From the NCBI RefSeq assembly GCF_017348835.2, contig NZ_CP071375.1: a stretch of 64,000 nucleotides of DNA; one strand, 5' to 3'. Position numbers and translations under genes: made by a program. Numbering within the stretch: position 1 is the stretch's first letter; each line of letters begins with the position of its first letter. This stretch comes from Escherichia coli. Its GTDB lineage: Bacteria > Pseudomonadota > Gammaproteobacteria > Enterobacterales > Enterobacteriaceae. The notes under the pieces are model-generated. The model did no database searches. It saw only the letters and a program-made list of their open reading frames with translations, and had not been told where the DNA came from. Below, piece after piece: positions 14,337-31,441 of the stretch.

Positions 14337-16691
14337 ATGAATCCTGAGCGTTCTGAACGCATTGAAATCCCCGTATTGCCGCTGCGCGATGTGGTGGTTT
14401 ATCCGCACATGGTCATCCCCTTATTTGTCGGGCGGGAAAAATCTATCCGTTGTCTGGAAGCGGCGATGGACCATGATAAAAAAATTATGCTGGTTGCGCA
14501 GAAAGAAGCTTCAACGGATGAGCCGGGTGTAAACGATCTTTTCACCGTCGGGACCGTGGCCTCTATATTGCAGATGCTGAAACTGCCTGACGGCACCGTC
14601 AAAGTGCTGGTCGAGGGGTTACAGCGCGCGCGTATTTCTGCGCTCTCTGACAATGGCGAACACTTTTCTGCGAAGGCGGAGTATCTGGAGTCGCCGACCA
14701 TTGATGAGCGAGAACAGGAAGTGCTGGTGCGTACTGCAATCAGCCAGTTCGAAGGCTACATCAAGCTGAACAAAAAAATCCCACCAGAAGTGCTGACGTC
14801 GTTGAATAGCATCGACGATCCGGCGCGTCTGGCGGATACCATTGCTGCACATATGCCGCTGAAACTGGCTGACAAACAGTCCGTTCTGGAGATGTCCGAC
14901 GTTAACGAACGTCTAGAATATCTGATGGCAATGATGGAATCGGAAATCGATCTGCTGCAGGTTGAGAAACGCATTCGCAACCGCGTTAAAAAGCAGATGG
15001 AGAAATCCCAGCGTGAGTACTATCTGAACGAGCAAATGAAAGCTATTCAGAAAGAACTCGGTGAAATGGACGACGCGCCGGACGAAAACGAAGCCCTGAA
15101 GCGCAAAATCGACGCGGCGAAGATGCCGAAAGAGGCAAAAGAGAAAGCGGAAGCAGAGTTGCAGAAGCTGAAAATGATGTCTCCGATGTCGGCAGAAGCG
15201 ACCGTAGTGCGTGGTTATATCGACTGGATGGTACAGGTACCGTGGAATGCGCGCAGCAAGGTCAAAAAAGACCTGCGTCAGGCGCAGGAAATCCTTGATA
15301 CCGACCATTATGGTCTGGAGCGCGTGAAAGATCGCATCCTTGAGTATCTTGCGGTTCAAAGCCGTGTCAACAAAATCAAGGGACCGATCCTCTGCCTGGT
15401 AGGGCCGCCGGGGGTAGGTAAAACGTCCCTGGGTCAGTCCATCGCCAAAGCCACTGGGCGTAAATATGTCCGTATGGCGCTGGGCGGCGTGCGTGATGAA
15501 GCGGAAATCCGTGGTCACCGCCGTACTTACATCGGTTCTATGCCGGGTAAACTGATCCAGAAAATGGCGAAAGTGGGCGTGAAAAACCCGCTGTTCCTGC
15601 TCGATGAGATCGACAAAATGTCTTCTGACATGCGAGGCGATCCGGCCTCTGCACTGCTTGAAGTGCTGGATCCAGAGCAGAACGTAGCGTTCAGCGACCA
15701 CTACCTGGAAGTGGATTACGATCTCAGCGACGTGATGTTTGTCGCGACGTCGAACTCCATGAACATTCCGGCACCGCTGCTGGATCGTATGGAAGTGATT
15801 CGCCTCTCCGGTTATACCGAAGATGAAAAACTGAACATCGCCAAACGTCACCTGCTGCCGAAGCAGATTGAACGTAATGCACTGAAAAAAGGTGAGCTGA
15901 CCGTCGACGATAGCGCCATTATCGGCATTATTCGTTACTACACCCGTGAGGCGGGCGTGCGTGGTCTGGAGCGTGAAATCTCCAAACTGTGCCGTAAAGC
16001 GGTTAAGCAGTTACTGCTCGATAAGTCATTAAAACATATCGAAATTAACGGCGATAACCTGCATGACTATCTCGGTGTTCAGCGTTTTGACTATGGACGC
16101 GCGGATAACGAAAACCGTGTCGGTCAGGTAACCGGTCTGGCGTGGACTGAAGTGGGCGGTGACTTGCTGACCATTGAAACCGCATGTGTTCCGGGGAAAG
16201 GCAAACTGACCTATACCGGTTCGCTCGGCGAAGTGATGCAGGAGTCCATTCAGGCGGCGTTAACGGTGGTTCGTGCGCGTGCGGAAAAACTGGGGATCAA
16301 CCCTGATTTTTACGAAAAACGCGACATCCACGTCCACGTACCGGAAGGTGCGACGCCGAAAGATGGTCCGAGTGCTGGTATTGCTATGTGCACCGCGCTG
16401 GTTTCTTGCCTGACCGGTAACCCGGTTCGTGCCGATGTGGCAATGACCGGTGAGATCACTCTGCGTGGTCAGGTACTGCCGATCGGTGGTTTGAAAGAAA
16501 AACTACTGGCAGCGCATCGCGGTGGGATTAAAACAGTGTTAATTCCGTTCGAAAATAAACGCGATCTGGAAGAGATTCCTGACAACGTAATTGCCGATCT
16601 GGACATTCATCCTGTGAAGCGCATTGAGGAAGTTCTGACTCTGGCGCTGCAAAATGAACCGTCTGGCATGCAGGTTGTGACTGCAAAATAG
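14337..16691 (+). CDS. lon: ATP-dependent protease Lon, 784 aa
   Basis: ORF-track 14292..16691; start at [25 protein letters not shown]; Walker [10 protein letters not shown]; catalytic serine motif PKDGPSAG. Confidence 0.96.
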   Translation: MNPERSERIEIPVLPLRDVVVYPHMVIPLFVGREKSIRCLEAAMDHDKKIMLVAQKEASTDEPGVNDLFTVGTVASILQMLKLPDGTVKVLVEGLQRARISALSDNGEHFSAKAEYLESPTIDEREQEVLVRTAISQFEGYIKLNKKIPPEVLTSLNSIDDPARLADTIAAHMPLKLADKQSVLEMSDVNERLEYLMAMMESEIDLLQVEKRIRNRVKKQMEKSQREYYLNEQMKAIQKELGEMDDAPDENEALKRKIDAAKMPKEAKEKAEAELQKLKMMSPMSAEATVVRGYIDWMVQVPWNARSKVKKDLRQAQEILDTDHYGLERVKDRILEYLAVQSRVNKIKGPILCLVGPPGVGKTSLGQSIAKATGRKYVRMALGGVRDEAEIRGHRRTYIGSMPGKLIQKMAKVGVKNPLFLLDEIDKMSSDMRGDPASALLEVLDPEQNVAFSDHYLEVDYDLSDVMFVATSNSMNIPAPLLDRMEVIRLSGYTEDEKLNIAKRHLLPKQIERNALKKGELTVDDSAIIGIIRYYTREAGVRGLEREISKLCRKAVKQLLLDKSLKHIEINGDNLHDYLGVQRFDYGRADNENRVGQVTGLAWTEVGGDLLTIETACVPGKGKLTYTGSLGEVMQESIQAALTVVRARAEKLGINPDFYEKRDIHVHVPEGATPKDGPSAGIAMCTALVSCLTGNPVRADVAMTGEITLRGQVLPIGGLKEKLLAAHRGGIKTVLIPFENKRDLEEIPDNVIADLDIHPVKRIEEVLTLALQNEPSGMQVVTAK

Positions 16692-16723
16692 TGACCTCGC
16701 GCAAAATGCACTAATAAAAACAG

Positions 16724-16760
16724 GGCTGGCAGGCTAATTCGGGCTTGCCAGCCTTTTTTT
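16724..16760 (+). terminator. lon intrinsic terminator (GGCTGGCAGGC...GCTTGCCAGCC followed by T7)
   Basis: Long GC hairpin followed by TTTTTTT. Confidence 0.8.
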
Positions 16761-16899
16761 GTCTCGCTAAGTTAGATGGCGGATCGGGCTTGCCCTTATT
16801 AAGGGGTGTTGTAAGGGGATGGCTGGCCTGATATAACTGCTGCGCGTTCGTACCTTGAAGGATTCAAGTGCGATATAAATTATAAAGAGGAAGAGAAGA

Positions 16900-17172
16900 G
16901 TGAATAAATCTCAATTGATCGACAAGATTGCTGCAGGGGCTGATATCTCTAAAGCTGCGGCTGGCCGTGCGTTAGATGCTATTATTGCTTCCGTAACTGA
17001 ATCTCTGAAAGAAGGGGATGATGTAGCACTGGTAGGTTTTGGTACTTTTGCCGTTAAAGAGCGTGCTGCCCGTACTGGCCGCAACCCGCAGACCGGTAAA
17101 GAGATCACCATCGCTGCCGCTAAAGTACCGAGCTTCCGTGCAGGTAAAGCACTGAAAGACGCGGTAAACTAA
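16900..17172 (+). CDS. hupB: DNA-binding protein HU-beta, 90 aa
   Basis: ORF-track full length; [29 protein letters not shown]... Confidence 0.97.
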
Positions 17173-17207
17173 GCGTTGTCCCCAGTGGGGATGTGACGAA
17201 GTTCAAG

Positions 17208-17235
17208 GGCGCATCTACTGATGTGCCTTTTTTAT
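17208..17235 (+). terminator. hupB intrinsic terminator (GGCGCATC-TACT-GATGTGCC followed by T-run)
   Basis: Hairpin plus TTTTTTATTT read after hupB stop. Confidence 0.7.
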
Positions 17236-17363
17236 TTGTATTCGGTGACTTTCTGTGTCTTGTGGGCTGACAATTGCCCCCGTTTCTTGTCACAATAGGC
17301 CTTTGCGCGCATCGATACGTTGCGTGAGGTACACAGTCATCTACAGCGGAGTGTTGTTACACC

Positions 17364-19341
<1,978 letters not shown>

Positions 19342-19349
19342 ACCGTTAA

Positions 19350-19757
<408 letters not shown>

Positions 19758-19776
19758 TTAATTTGCATAGTGGCAG

Positions 19777-19809
<33 letters not shown>

Positions 19810-19861
19810 TGACCTCTGTACTTATAACAGTTCTTATAACAACAAGTAAGGTTATTGCGCT

Positions 19862-20260
19862 ATGCAAACACAAATTAAAGTTCGTGGATATCATCTTGAT
19901 GTTTACCAGCACGTTAACAACGCCCGCTACCTTGAGTTTCTCGAAGAAGCCCGCTGGGATGGGCTGGAAAACAGCGACAGTTTTCAGTGGATGACCGCCC
20001 ATAACATCGCTTTCGTGGTGGTGAATATCAATATTAACTATCGCCGTCCGGCAGTATTGAGCGACCTGTTAACTATCACCAGTCAGTTGCAGCAATTAAA
20101 TGGAAAGAGCGGCATTTTAAGTCAGGTCATCACTCTTGAGCCGGAAGGGCAGGTGGTAGCCGACGCGCTCATTACGTTTGTTTGTATCGATCTCAAAACG
20201 CAGAAGGCTTTAGCGCTGGAAGGGGAGCTGCGCGAAAAGCTGGAGCAGATGGTTAAGTAA
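19862..20260 (+). CDS. fadM: Long-chain acyl-CoA thioesterase III FadM (hotdog fold), 132 aa
   Basis: ORF-track full length; MQTQIKVRGYHLDVYQHVNNARYLEFLEEARW. Confidence 0.92.
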   Translation: MQTQIKVRGYHLDVYQHVNNARYLEFLEEARWDGLENSDSFQWMTAHNIAFVVVNININYRRPAVLSDLLTITSQLQQLNGKSGILSQVITLEPEGQVVADALITFVCIDLKTQKALALEGELREKLEQMVK

Positions 20261-20264
20261 ACGT

Positions 20265-20310
20265 TTTGTTGTGCCGGATGCTCATGCCGCATCCGGCAAC
20301 ATCCCGAGTA
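20265..20310. repeat. Single REP element between fadM and queC
   Basis: GCCGGATGCTCATGCCGCATCCGGCAAC palindromic REP-like motif. Confidence 0.65.
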
Positions 20311-20311
20311 A

Positions 20312-21007
20312 TTACTTCAACCCGGTCTTCTGCTTCATCGCTGCCATCACCGTCGGTTTATCGGCCAGATAATGATTCAAACCGTTGGCGCGTAAATTAC
20401 ATGCCGCACATTGACCGCAACCGTCGCCTTTAATGCCGTTATAGCAGGTCAGCGTTTCGTTACGGACTAAATCCAGCTTGCCGTAATAATCTGCCAGCGC
20501 CCAGGTTTCCGCTTTATCAATCCACATCAGCGGCGTTTCAAAACGAATCTCTTTCGCCATGCCCAGACTAACGGCATGGTTTAGTGCTTTCACAAATTCA
20601 TCGCGGCAATCCGGGTAACCGGAGAAGTCTGTTTCGCAGACCCCGGTAATCACCGCTTCTGCTTTCACCTGATACGCGTAAATCGCCGCCAGCGTCAGAA
20701 ACAAAATATTACGCCCAGGGACAAACGTATTAGGGATGCCATCGGCTTCAGGTTCATAATCTGGCACTGGAATGCTGTCACGCGTCAGACTGCTGACTGC
20801 CAGCTCATTAAGCAGGGTGACATCCAGCACCTTATGCGCGCGTGCACCCAGTTTCAGCGCCAGATCGCGCGCGACGTCGATCTCTGCGCGATGGCGCTGA
20901 CCGTAATCGAACGTCACGCAATGGACTTCATCATAGTGTTGCAATGCCTGCACCAGACAGGTTGTAGAGTCCTGGCCCCCACTGAATACAACGACAGCAC
21001 GTTTCAT
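20312..21007 (-). CDS. queC: 7-cyano-7-deazaguanine synthase QueC, 231 aa
   Basis: ORF-track full length; N-terminal PP-loop SGGQDS; C-terminal Zn-binding cysteines (CGQCAAC). Confidence 0.95.
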   Translation of the reverse strand: MKRAVVVFSGGQDSTTCLVQALQHYDEVHCVTFDYGQRHRAEIDVARDLALKLGARAHKVLDVTLLNELAVSSLTRDSIPVPDYEPEADGIPNTFVPGRNILFLTLAAIYAYQVKAEAVITGVCETDFSGYPDCRDEFVKALNHAVSLGMAKEIRFETPLMWIDKAETWALADYYGKLDLVRNETLTCYNGIKGDGCGQCAACNLRANGLNHYLADKPTVMAAMKQKTGLK

Positions 21008-21070
21008 AAATCATCCTGCTAAATCGATAAAACGTTATGGTAACCCCTGTGGTTAACCCGGACCAGCTCT

Positions 21071-22771
21071 TCATTGCGACGGTGCGGGTAGCCAGGCTTC
21101 GGTAAATTCAAACCAGCCGCGCGGTGTCAGTCGCACACCGTTTACTCCGGGCGGCGCGCTAATGCGATAGTGATAGTTGAACAGTGGTGTCAGCGTTGCG
21201 TCTGCCATTAACTGGCTAAACACCGTTTTCAGGGCATTAAATCGGTTTTCCTCATAAGGCATTACTTGCACGGCATCCAGCGTTGATTGCAGATGTGCGT
21301 ATGTACTGGCAGTAAAAACATGCGGCCACAGCGGATCGCAGCGCAGCCACTGTTCAAGGGTATATTCCGGTGCTTCGCCAATTAATCTGTCGCCCATCAT
21401 GAGGTCTGCTTGATCCAGTGGCGTGGCACCGTCCCAGTTTTTCGCGTTATGAAAAACAATCTTTAGCTCGCAACCTTCTTCTGCCAGCGTCGTTCGTAGC
21501 TGTTCTGCCATGGCGTGAAGTTCCACGGGTAGGTGATAAACCAGCGTCAGTGTTTCAGGTAGTTTGACTTCCTCCGGAACTTGCCATTGTGGAATGGTCC
21601 AGCCTGGAAGCAATGCATTACTGGCGGTGATCAGGTTTTCTCCGACTTCTAACGTTTGTAGTAAGCCGGATTGATGAATAATGGTGATCACTTTTCGAGC
21701 CTGCCAGAGCGTCAGTCGGGGGCTTTTGCGCAACGTTAAATAGCAAAAACCTAAACTGATGCCGCTACTGACCTGACTGACCCGTTGCAGCTCCTCCGGT
21801 TTGCCGATGGTGATTTGCACGGGATGCCGACAACTGGTTCCCAAATCTTTTTCGAAAAGCGGCGGAGTTATCCAGTACTCAACCGCTTTAAGCAGCGGAT
21901 GACGTAAATGGTAATAATCATGGCTTTCCAGGCGCACCAGCTCCGCTGTGAATTGTGTTAAGCGAAAAGGACCCGTGCCGATCAGTGGGAATTGCGGATG
22001 CGCCAGATGGCTGCAATAGCTCGCCAGCCGGTGCGCAAGCCAGTAATCAGGGCGATGTAAAAAGAAGGTCAGACACTGCGGATGGGTGACTTCAATACGC
22101 TTCACGCTAATAAATAATTGATCCAGTGCTGGCAGTTGTAACAGCATCAATAATCGCTGGTGTAAGTGTGAGGCTTTTACTGCATCGCCGTTATGCCAGT
22201 GTAGGGTTGAACGAAGATAAAAGTCCCAGCGTAACCCGTCAGTAGAGGTTTCCCAGTGATGTGCTAAATCGCCAATCGGGCGCTGGGTATTATTATCGAA
22301 GCGGGTCAGGCCGGAAAATATCTGTCCGGCGAGATGCTGCTCAGCACGGCCGGGCAAAAAGCCCGGTTGTAGCGGTTCGAGCGGGCGATAGTAGGGAATA
22401 CGCAACGTGGGTGTATCGTTTTGCCATTGTCCGCCCATAAACGGCTGTAACAGAGTGCGCAGCTCACCTGGGGCCAGTTGCGCCAGCTCCAGCACATCTT
22501 GCTGCTTTCCGGTTTCCAGTGCCTTTTCCATCATCGCATTGCGTAGCGATTCTGGCGTGACCAGAAAGCGTAATTGTCCGCGCTTTCCGCGTCCTGACTG
22601 CGCCTGCCACTCCAGCCATCCCGCCTCTTGTGCCTGACGCAACAGCGTACGAACATGGCGTTCGCTGCAAAAACAGCGTTCGGCCAGTTCGCTGACGGTG
22701 ACGGTTTGCGGCTTTCCGGCGGAAGGTTGCCACAGACGTTGATACTGGTTAAGACGGTTGAGCAGTCGCAT
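21071..22771 (-). CDS. ybaE: Uncharacterised YbaE: N-terminal SgrR-like HTH fused to periplasmic solute-binding-like domain, 566 aa
   Basis: ORF-track 21071..22786 minus; start at MRLLNRLNQYQRLWQ; family assignment from recognition of the K-12 protein. Confidence 0.85.
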   Translation of the reverse strand: MRLLNRLNQYQRLWQPSAGKPQTVTVSELAERCFCSERHVRTLLRQAQEAGWLEWQAQSGRGKRGQLRFLVTPESLRNAMMEKALETGKQQDVLELAQLAPGELRTLLQPFMGGQWQNDTPTLRIPYYRPLEPLQPGFLPGRAEQHLAGQIFSGLTRFDNNTQRPIGDLAHHWETSTDGLRWDFYLRSTLHWHNGDAVKASHLHQRLLMLLQLPALDQLFISVKRIEVTHPQCLTFFLHRPDYWLAHRLASYCSHLAHPQFPLIGTGPFRLTQFTAELVRLESHDYYHLRHPLLKAVEYWITPPLFEKDLGTSCRHPVQITIGKPEELQRVSQVSSGISLGFCYLTLRKSPRLTLWQARKVITIIHQSGLLQTLEVGENLITASNALLPGWTIPQWQVPEEVKLPETLTLVYHLPVELHAMAEQLRTTLAEEGCELKIVFHNAKNWDGATPLDQADLMMGDRLIGEAPEYTLEQWLRCDPLWPHVFTASTYAHLQSTLDAVQVMPYEENRFNALKTVFSQLMADATLTPLFNYHYRISAPPGVNGVRLTPRGWFEFTEAWLPAPSQ

Positions 22772-22870
22772 ATAAACCCGGAACAATATTATTTAACTAT
22801 TCACTATTACTTCCGTATATATCAGGTGATACTCAATCACCATTAACCGTGTCACAGAGTGGAGAAAGAA

Positions 22871-23689
22871 ATGGCTCGTCTGGCAGCATTTGATATGGAT
22901 GGCACTTTATTGATGCCTGACCATCATTTAGGTGAGAAAACCCTCTCTACTTTGGCGCGACTGCGTGAACGCGACATTACCCTCACTTTTGCCACGGGGC
23001 GTCATGCGCTGGAGATGCAGCATATTCTCGGGGCGCTATCGCTGGATGCGTATTTGATTACCGGCAACGGAACGCGCGTGCATTCTCTGGAAGGTGAACT
23101 TTTACATCGTGATGATTTACCTGCGGATGTCGCGGAGCTGGTGCTGTATCAGCAATGGGATACCCGAGCAAGCATGCATATCTTCAATGACGATGGTTGG
23201 TTTACCGGGAAAGAGATCCCTGCGTTGTTGCAGGCATTTGTCTATAGCGGTTTTCGTTATCAGATAATCGATGTCAAAAAAATGCCACTCGGCAGCGTCA
23301 CCAAGATCTGCTTCTGTGGCGATCACGACGATCTTACACGCTTGCAGATCCAGCTACACGAAGCATTATCCGAGCGTGCACATTTGTGTTTTTCCGCCAC
23401 GGATTGCCTCGAAGTGCTGCCGGTGGGCTGCAATAAAGGCGCTGCACTGACGGTGCTGACCCAACATTTAGGTTTATCGTTGCGCGATTGCATGGCCTTT
23501 GGTGATGCGATGAACGATCGCGAAATGTTAGGCAGCGTCGGTAGCGGATTTATTATGGGCAATGCGATGCCGCAACTGCGCGCGGAGCTCCCGCATTTAC
23601 CGGTGATTGGACATTGCCGAAATCAGGCTGTCTCTCACTATTTGACGCACTGGCTGGACTATCCACATCTACCTTATTCCCCCGAATAA
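22871..23689 (+). CDS. cof: HMP-PP phosphatase Cof (HAD superfamily), 272 aa
   Basis: ORF-track 22859..23689; start at [14 protein letters not shown] (HAD motif I DxDGT). Confidence 0.93.
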   Translation: MARLAAFDMDGTLLMPDHHLGEKTLSTLARLRERDITLTFATGRHALEMQHILGALSLDAYLITGNGTRVHSLEGELLHRDDLPADVAELVLYQQWDTRASMHIFNDDGWFTGKEIPALLQAFVYSGFRYQIIDVKKMPLGSVTKICFCGDHDDLTRLQIQLHEALSERAHLCFSATDCLEVLPVGCNKGAALTVLTQHLGLSLRDCMAFGDAMNDREMLGSVGSGFIMGNAMPQLRAELPHLPVIGHCRNQAVSHYLTHWLDYPHLPYSPE

Positions 23690-23842
23690 CGAGATCCCTT
23701 CCAGCACCGGGCAATTGCCCGGTTTTTTTTTGCGTTGAATTTGTCATTTTGTGCCGTGGTGTTTAAACCGCACAGAATAAATTGTCGTGATTTCACCTTT
23801 AAAATAAAATTAAAAGAGAAAAAAATTCTCTGTGGAAGGGCT

Positions 23843-24301
23843 ATGTTAGATAAAATTGACCGTAAGCTGCTGGCCTTACTGCAGCAGGATTGCACCCTCT
23901 CTTTGCAGGCACTGGCTGAAGCCGTTAATCTGACAACCACCCCTTGCTGGAAGCGCCTGAAACGGCTGGAGGACGACGGTATCCTTATCGGCAAAGTCGC
24001 CCTGCTGGATCCGGAAAAAATAGGCCTCGGCCTGACCGCCTTTGTGCTGATAAAAACGCAACATCACAGCAGCGAATGGTATTGCCGCTTTGTCACGGTG
24101 GTTACCGAAATGCCAGAAGTGCTGGGGTTCTGGCGCATGGCTGGTGAATACGATTATCTGATGCGCGTCCAGGTTGCCGACATGAAACGCTACGACGAGT
24201 TTTATAAGCGTCTGGTAAACAGCGTGCCGGGGCTGTCGGACGTCACTTCCAGCTTCGCGATGGAACAGATTAAATACACCACTTCTTTACCCATCGAATA
24301 A
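23843..24301 (+). CDS. decR: Lrp/AsnC-family transcriptional regulator DecR (YbaO), 152 aa
   Basis: ORF-track 23735..24301; start at [16 protein letters not shown]; N-terminal HTH typical of AsnC family. Confidence 0.9.
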
Positions 24302-24330
24302 ATATCCAGAATCAGGTCAGGACACAACGC

Positions 24331-27877
<3,547 letters not shown>

Positions 27878-27920
27878 TTCGCGCAAAATTTCATCGTTGG
27901 TGCAAAAATGTAACGCACTG

Positions 27921-27937
27921 TGCACTGTCATAGTGCG
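27921..27937 (+). promoter_or_regulatory. NtrC-type enhancer site (TGCACTGTCATAGTGCG) upstream of glnK
   Basis: 17-bp element with TGCAC...GTGCG half-sites matching NtrC consensus architecture; coordinates frame-checked. Confidence 0.55.
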
Positions 27938-27989
27938 TTTTCATTTTCAATCTTCTTAACTTCCTGCTCTCTTTCTCGTTTTTCATTTC

Positions 27990-28005
27990 TGGCACACCGC
28001 TTGCA
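27990..28005 (+). promoter_or_regulatory. Sigma-54 promoter of glnK-amtB (TGGCAC-N5-TTGCA)
   Basis: Exact -24 GG / -12 GC consensus read in sequence, about 55 nt upstream of glnK ATG; coordinates frame-checked. Confidence 0.85.
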
Positions 28006-28057
28006 ATATCTTCTTCGTGTAGCAGAACCATTACCGAATTCTGACCGGAGGGGATCT

Positions 28058-28396
28058 ATGAAGCTGGTGACCGTGATAATCAAACCATTCAAGCTGGAAG
28101 ACGTTCGTGAAGCGTTATCTTCCATTGGTATTCAGGGCCTGACCGTCACCGAAGTGAAAGGTTTCGGGCGTCAGAAAGGGCATGCCGAGCTGTACCGGGG
28201 GGCGGAATACAGCGTCAACTTCCTGCCAAAAGTAAAAATTGATGTGGCGATTGCTGATGACCAACTCGATGAAGTGATCGATATCGTCAGTAAGGCGGCT
28301 TACACCGGAAAAATTGGCGACGGCAAAATCTTCGTCGCTGAATTGCAACGCGTCATTCGTATTCGTACCGGCGAAGCCGACGAAGCGGCGCTGTAA
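28058..28396 (+). CDS. glnK: Nitrogen regulatory protein PII-2 GlnK, 112 aa
   Basis: ORF-track 27920..28396; start at MKLVTVIIKPFKLEDVREAL. Confidence 0.96.
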   Translation: MKLVTVIIKPFKLEDVREALSSIGIQGLTVTEVKGFGRQKGHAELYRGAEYSVNFLPKVKIDVAIADDQLDEVIDIVSKAAYTGKIGDGKIFVAELQRVIRIRTGEADEAAL

Positions 28397-28425
28397 TCTC
28401 TGGCACACAGCAACAGGAACGAAAA

Positions 28426-29712
28426 ATGAAGATAGCGACGATAAAAACTGGGCTTGCTTCACTGGCGATGCTGCCGGGACTGGTAATGGCTGCACCTGCG
28501 GTGGCCGATAAAGCCGACAATGCGTTTATGATGATTTGTACTGCGCTGGTGCTGTTTATGACTATTCCGGGGATTGCCCTGTTTTACGGTGGGTTGATTC
28601 GCGGCAAAAACGTGCTGTCGATGCTGACGCAGGTGACGGTGACGTTTGCACTGGTCTGTATTCTCTGGGTGGTTTACGGTTACTCGCTGGCGTTTGGTGA
28701 GGGCAACAACTTCTTCGGCAACATTAACTGGCTGATGCTGAAAAACATCGAACTGACGGCGGTGATGGGCAGCATTTGTCAGTATATCCACGTAGCGTTT
28801 CAGGGATCGTTTGCCTGCATTACCGTAGGCTTGATAGTTGGGGCGCTGGCGGAACGAATCCGCTTCTCAGCTGTGTTGATTTTCGTGGTGGTATGGCTGA
28901 CGCTCTCTTACATTCCAATTGCGCATATGGTCTGGGGCGGTGGTTTGCTGGCTTCTCACGGTGCGCTGGATTTCGCGGGTGGCACGGTGGTGCACATTAA
29001 CGCCGCAATCGCCGGTCTGGTGGGCGCGTATCTGATAGGAAAACGCGTGGGCTTCGGTAAAGAGGCGTTTAAACCGCACAACCTGCCGATGGTCTTCACC
29101 GGGACTGCCATTCTCTATATCGGTTGGTTTGGCTTTAACGCCGGGTCAGCGGGCACGGCGAAAGAAATCGCGGCACTGGCATTTGTGAATACTGTGGTCG
29201 CAACGGCGGCGGCAATTCTTGGCTGGATCTTCGGTGAATGGGCGCTGCGTGGTAAGCCTTCACTGCTGGGGGCGTGTTCTGGCGCGATTGCCGGTCTGGT
29301 CGGCGTGACGCCAGCCTGTGGCTACATTGGTGTTGGCGGCGCGTTGATTATCGGCGTGGTAGCTGGTCTGGCGGGCTTGTGGGGCGTTACCATGCTCAAA
29401 CGCTTGCTGCGGGTGGATGATCCCTGCGATGTCTTCGGTGTGCACGGCGTTTGTGGCATTGTCGGCTGTATCATGACCGGGATTTTTGCCGCCAGTTCGC
29501 TGGGCGGCGTGGGCTTCGCTGAAGGTGTGACGATGGGCCATCAGTTGCTGGTACAGTTGGAAAGCATTGCCATTACGATCGTCTGGTCCGGTGTGGTGGC
29601 ATTTATTGGCTACAAACTGGCGGATCTGACGGTTGGCCTGCGTGTGCCGGAAGAACAGGAGCGAGAAGGGCTGGACGTCAACAGTCACGGCGAGAATGCC
29701 TATAACGCGTAA
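28426..29712 (+). CDS. amtB: Ammonium channel AmtB, 428 aa
   Basis: ORF-track full length; signal peptide then multi-TM Amt fold. Confidence 0.96.
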   Translation: MKIATIKTGLASLAMLPGLVMAAPAVADKADNAFMMICTALVLFMTIPGIALFYGGLIRGKNVLSMLTQVTVTFALVCILWVVYGYSLAFGEGNNFFGNINWLMLKNIELTAVMGSICQYIHVAFQGSFACITVGLIVGALAERIRFSAVLIFVVVWLTLSYIPIAHMVWGGGLLASHGALDFAGGTVVHINAAIAGLVGAYLIGKRVGFGKEAFKPHNLPMVFTGTAILYIGWFGFNAGSAGTAKEIAALAFVNTVVATAAAILGWIFGEWALRGKPSLLGACSGAIAGLVGVTPACGYIGVGGALIIGVVAGLAGLWGVTMLKRLLRVDDPCDVFGVHGVCGIVGCIMTGIFAASSLGGVGFAEGVTMGHQLLVQLESIAITIVWSGVVAFIGYKLADLTVGLRVPEEQEREGLDVNSHGENAYNA

Positions 29713-29722
29713 CAAGCACTGC

Positions 29723-29762
29723 AAAAAACAGCCGGACGGTTTTCACCTCCGGCTATTTTTTT
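29723..29762. terminator. Bidirectional intrinsic terminator shared by convergent amtB and tesB (AGCCGGA...TCCGGCT flanked by A-run and T-run)
   Basis: Hairpin with A6 upstream and T8 downstream read directly. Confidence 0.75.
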
Positions 29763-30621
29763 AATTGTGATTACGCATCACCCCTTCCTGAACGGTCGAG
29801 GCAACCAGTACGCCGTCCTGGGTATAAAACTCACCGCGCACAAAGCCACGTGCGCTGGACGCCGAGGTGCTCTCCACGCTATACAGCAGCCATTCATTCA
29901 AATTAAACGGGCGATGGAACCACATGGAATGGTCAATGGTGGCAATCTGAATCCCCGGTTCGAGAAAACCGATGCCGTGCGGCTGTAGAGCTACCGGCAG
30001 GAAGTTAAGATCAGAAGCGTAACCGAGCAGATACTGATGAACGCGCAGGTCATCCGGCACGCTACCATTTGCGCGGATCCACACCTGACGATGTGGTTCT
30101 GCGACGTGACCTTTCAGTGGGTTATGAAACTCCACCGGACGGACTTCCAGCGGACGATCGCAGATGAATTTATCTTTAAGCACTGGCGGCAGCAGGTGCG
30201 CCAGCGACTGGGCGATTTGCGTTTCCGAAGGCAGGCCATCAGGCGCTGGCGCGGACGGCATTGTTTTTTGATGTTCGAAACCCGCTTCTGGTGCCTGGAA
30301 AGAGGCCGTCATATAAAAAATCGGTTTGCCGTTTTGAATAGCAGCAACCCGGCGGGCGCTGAAGCTGTTACCGTCACGCAGCGTTTCGACATCATAAATA
30401 ATCGGCTTCTTACTATCGCCAGGGCGAAGAAAATAGCTGTGAAACGAATGTACCAGCCGCTCTTCAGGGACGGTCTCTTTTGCAGCATACAAGGCCTGCC
30501 CCACGACCTGGCCGCCAAATACCTGGCGTAAACCTAAATCTTCACTCTGGCCGCGAAAGAGTCCTTCCTCAATTTTTTCCAGATTTAACAATGTCAGTAA
30601 ATTTTTTAGCGCCTGACTCAT
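29761..30621 (-). CDS. tesB: Acyl-CoA thioesterase II TesB, 286 aa
   Basis: ORF-track 29761..30639 minus; start at [24 protein letters not shown]. Confidence 0.94.
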
Positions 30622-30838
30622 ATAACTCTCCAGTAACAAAGCTGCCGCAGCAAGCCAAAGTGAGTTGAGTATAACGCAAATTTGCTACTGGTCCGATGGG
30701 TGCAATGGTCTGAATTACGGGCTAATTACAGGCAGAAATGCGTGATGTGTGCCACAATTGTTGACGTTACTATTTTGTTAACCACTCTTCCGGCGAGGAA
30801 AGTTAGCCCGCTGGTGCATTGATAATAAGGAGAAATGA

Positions 30839-31411
30839 ATGAAACTCGTGCACATGGCCAGTGGTTTAGCGGTTGCGATTGCGTTGGCGGCTTGCGCAGA
30901 TAAAAGCGCGGATATTCAGACGCCAGCCCCGGCTGCAAATACGTCTATTTCAGCAACACAACAACCTGCTATCCAGCAACCGAATGTCTCCGGTACCGTC
31001 TGGATCCGTCAGAAAGTCGCACTGCCGCCTGATGCTGTGCTGACCGTGACACTTTCTGACGCGTCGTTAGCCGATGCACCGTCAAAAGTGCTGGCGCAGA
31101 AAGCGGTGCGTACTGAAGGTAAACAGTCACCATTCAGCTTTGTTCTGCCATTTAACCCGGCAGATGTTCAGCCGAACGCGCGTATTCTGTTGAGTGCGGC
31201 GATTACCGTGAATGACAAACTGGTATTTATCACCGATACCGTTCAGCCGGTGATCAACCAGGGCGGAACTAAAGCCGACCTGACATTGGTGCCGGTACAG
31301 CAAACCGCCGTGCCGGTTCAGGCCAGCGGTGGCGCAACGACTACCGTACCTTCGACTTCACCAACTCAGGTGAATCCGTCTTCGGCAGTTCCAGCTCCTA
31401 CGCAATATTAA
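30839..31411 (+). CDS. ybaY: Lipoprotein YbaY, 190 aa
   Basis: ORF-track full length; lipobox LAAC; Pro/Ala/Thr-rich low-complexity tail. Confidence 0.9.
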   Translation: MKLVHMASGLAVAIALAACADKSADIQTPAPAANTSISATQQPAIQQPNVSGTVWIRQKVALPPDAVLTVTLSDASLADAPSKVLAQKAVRTEGKQSPFSFVLPFNPADVQPNARILLSAAITVNDKLVFITDTVQPVINQGGTKADLTLVPVQQTAVPVQASGGATTTVPSTSPTQVNPSSAVPAPTQY

Positions 31412-31441
31412 GCGACATTAACCCTCTCCGCCCGGAGAGGG

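Noticed and set aside
14913-15851. 312-aa antisense ORF inside lon
   Set aside because: Antisense shadow of lon; His/Arg/Phe-rich low-complexity translation
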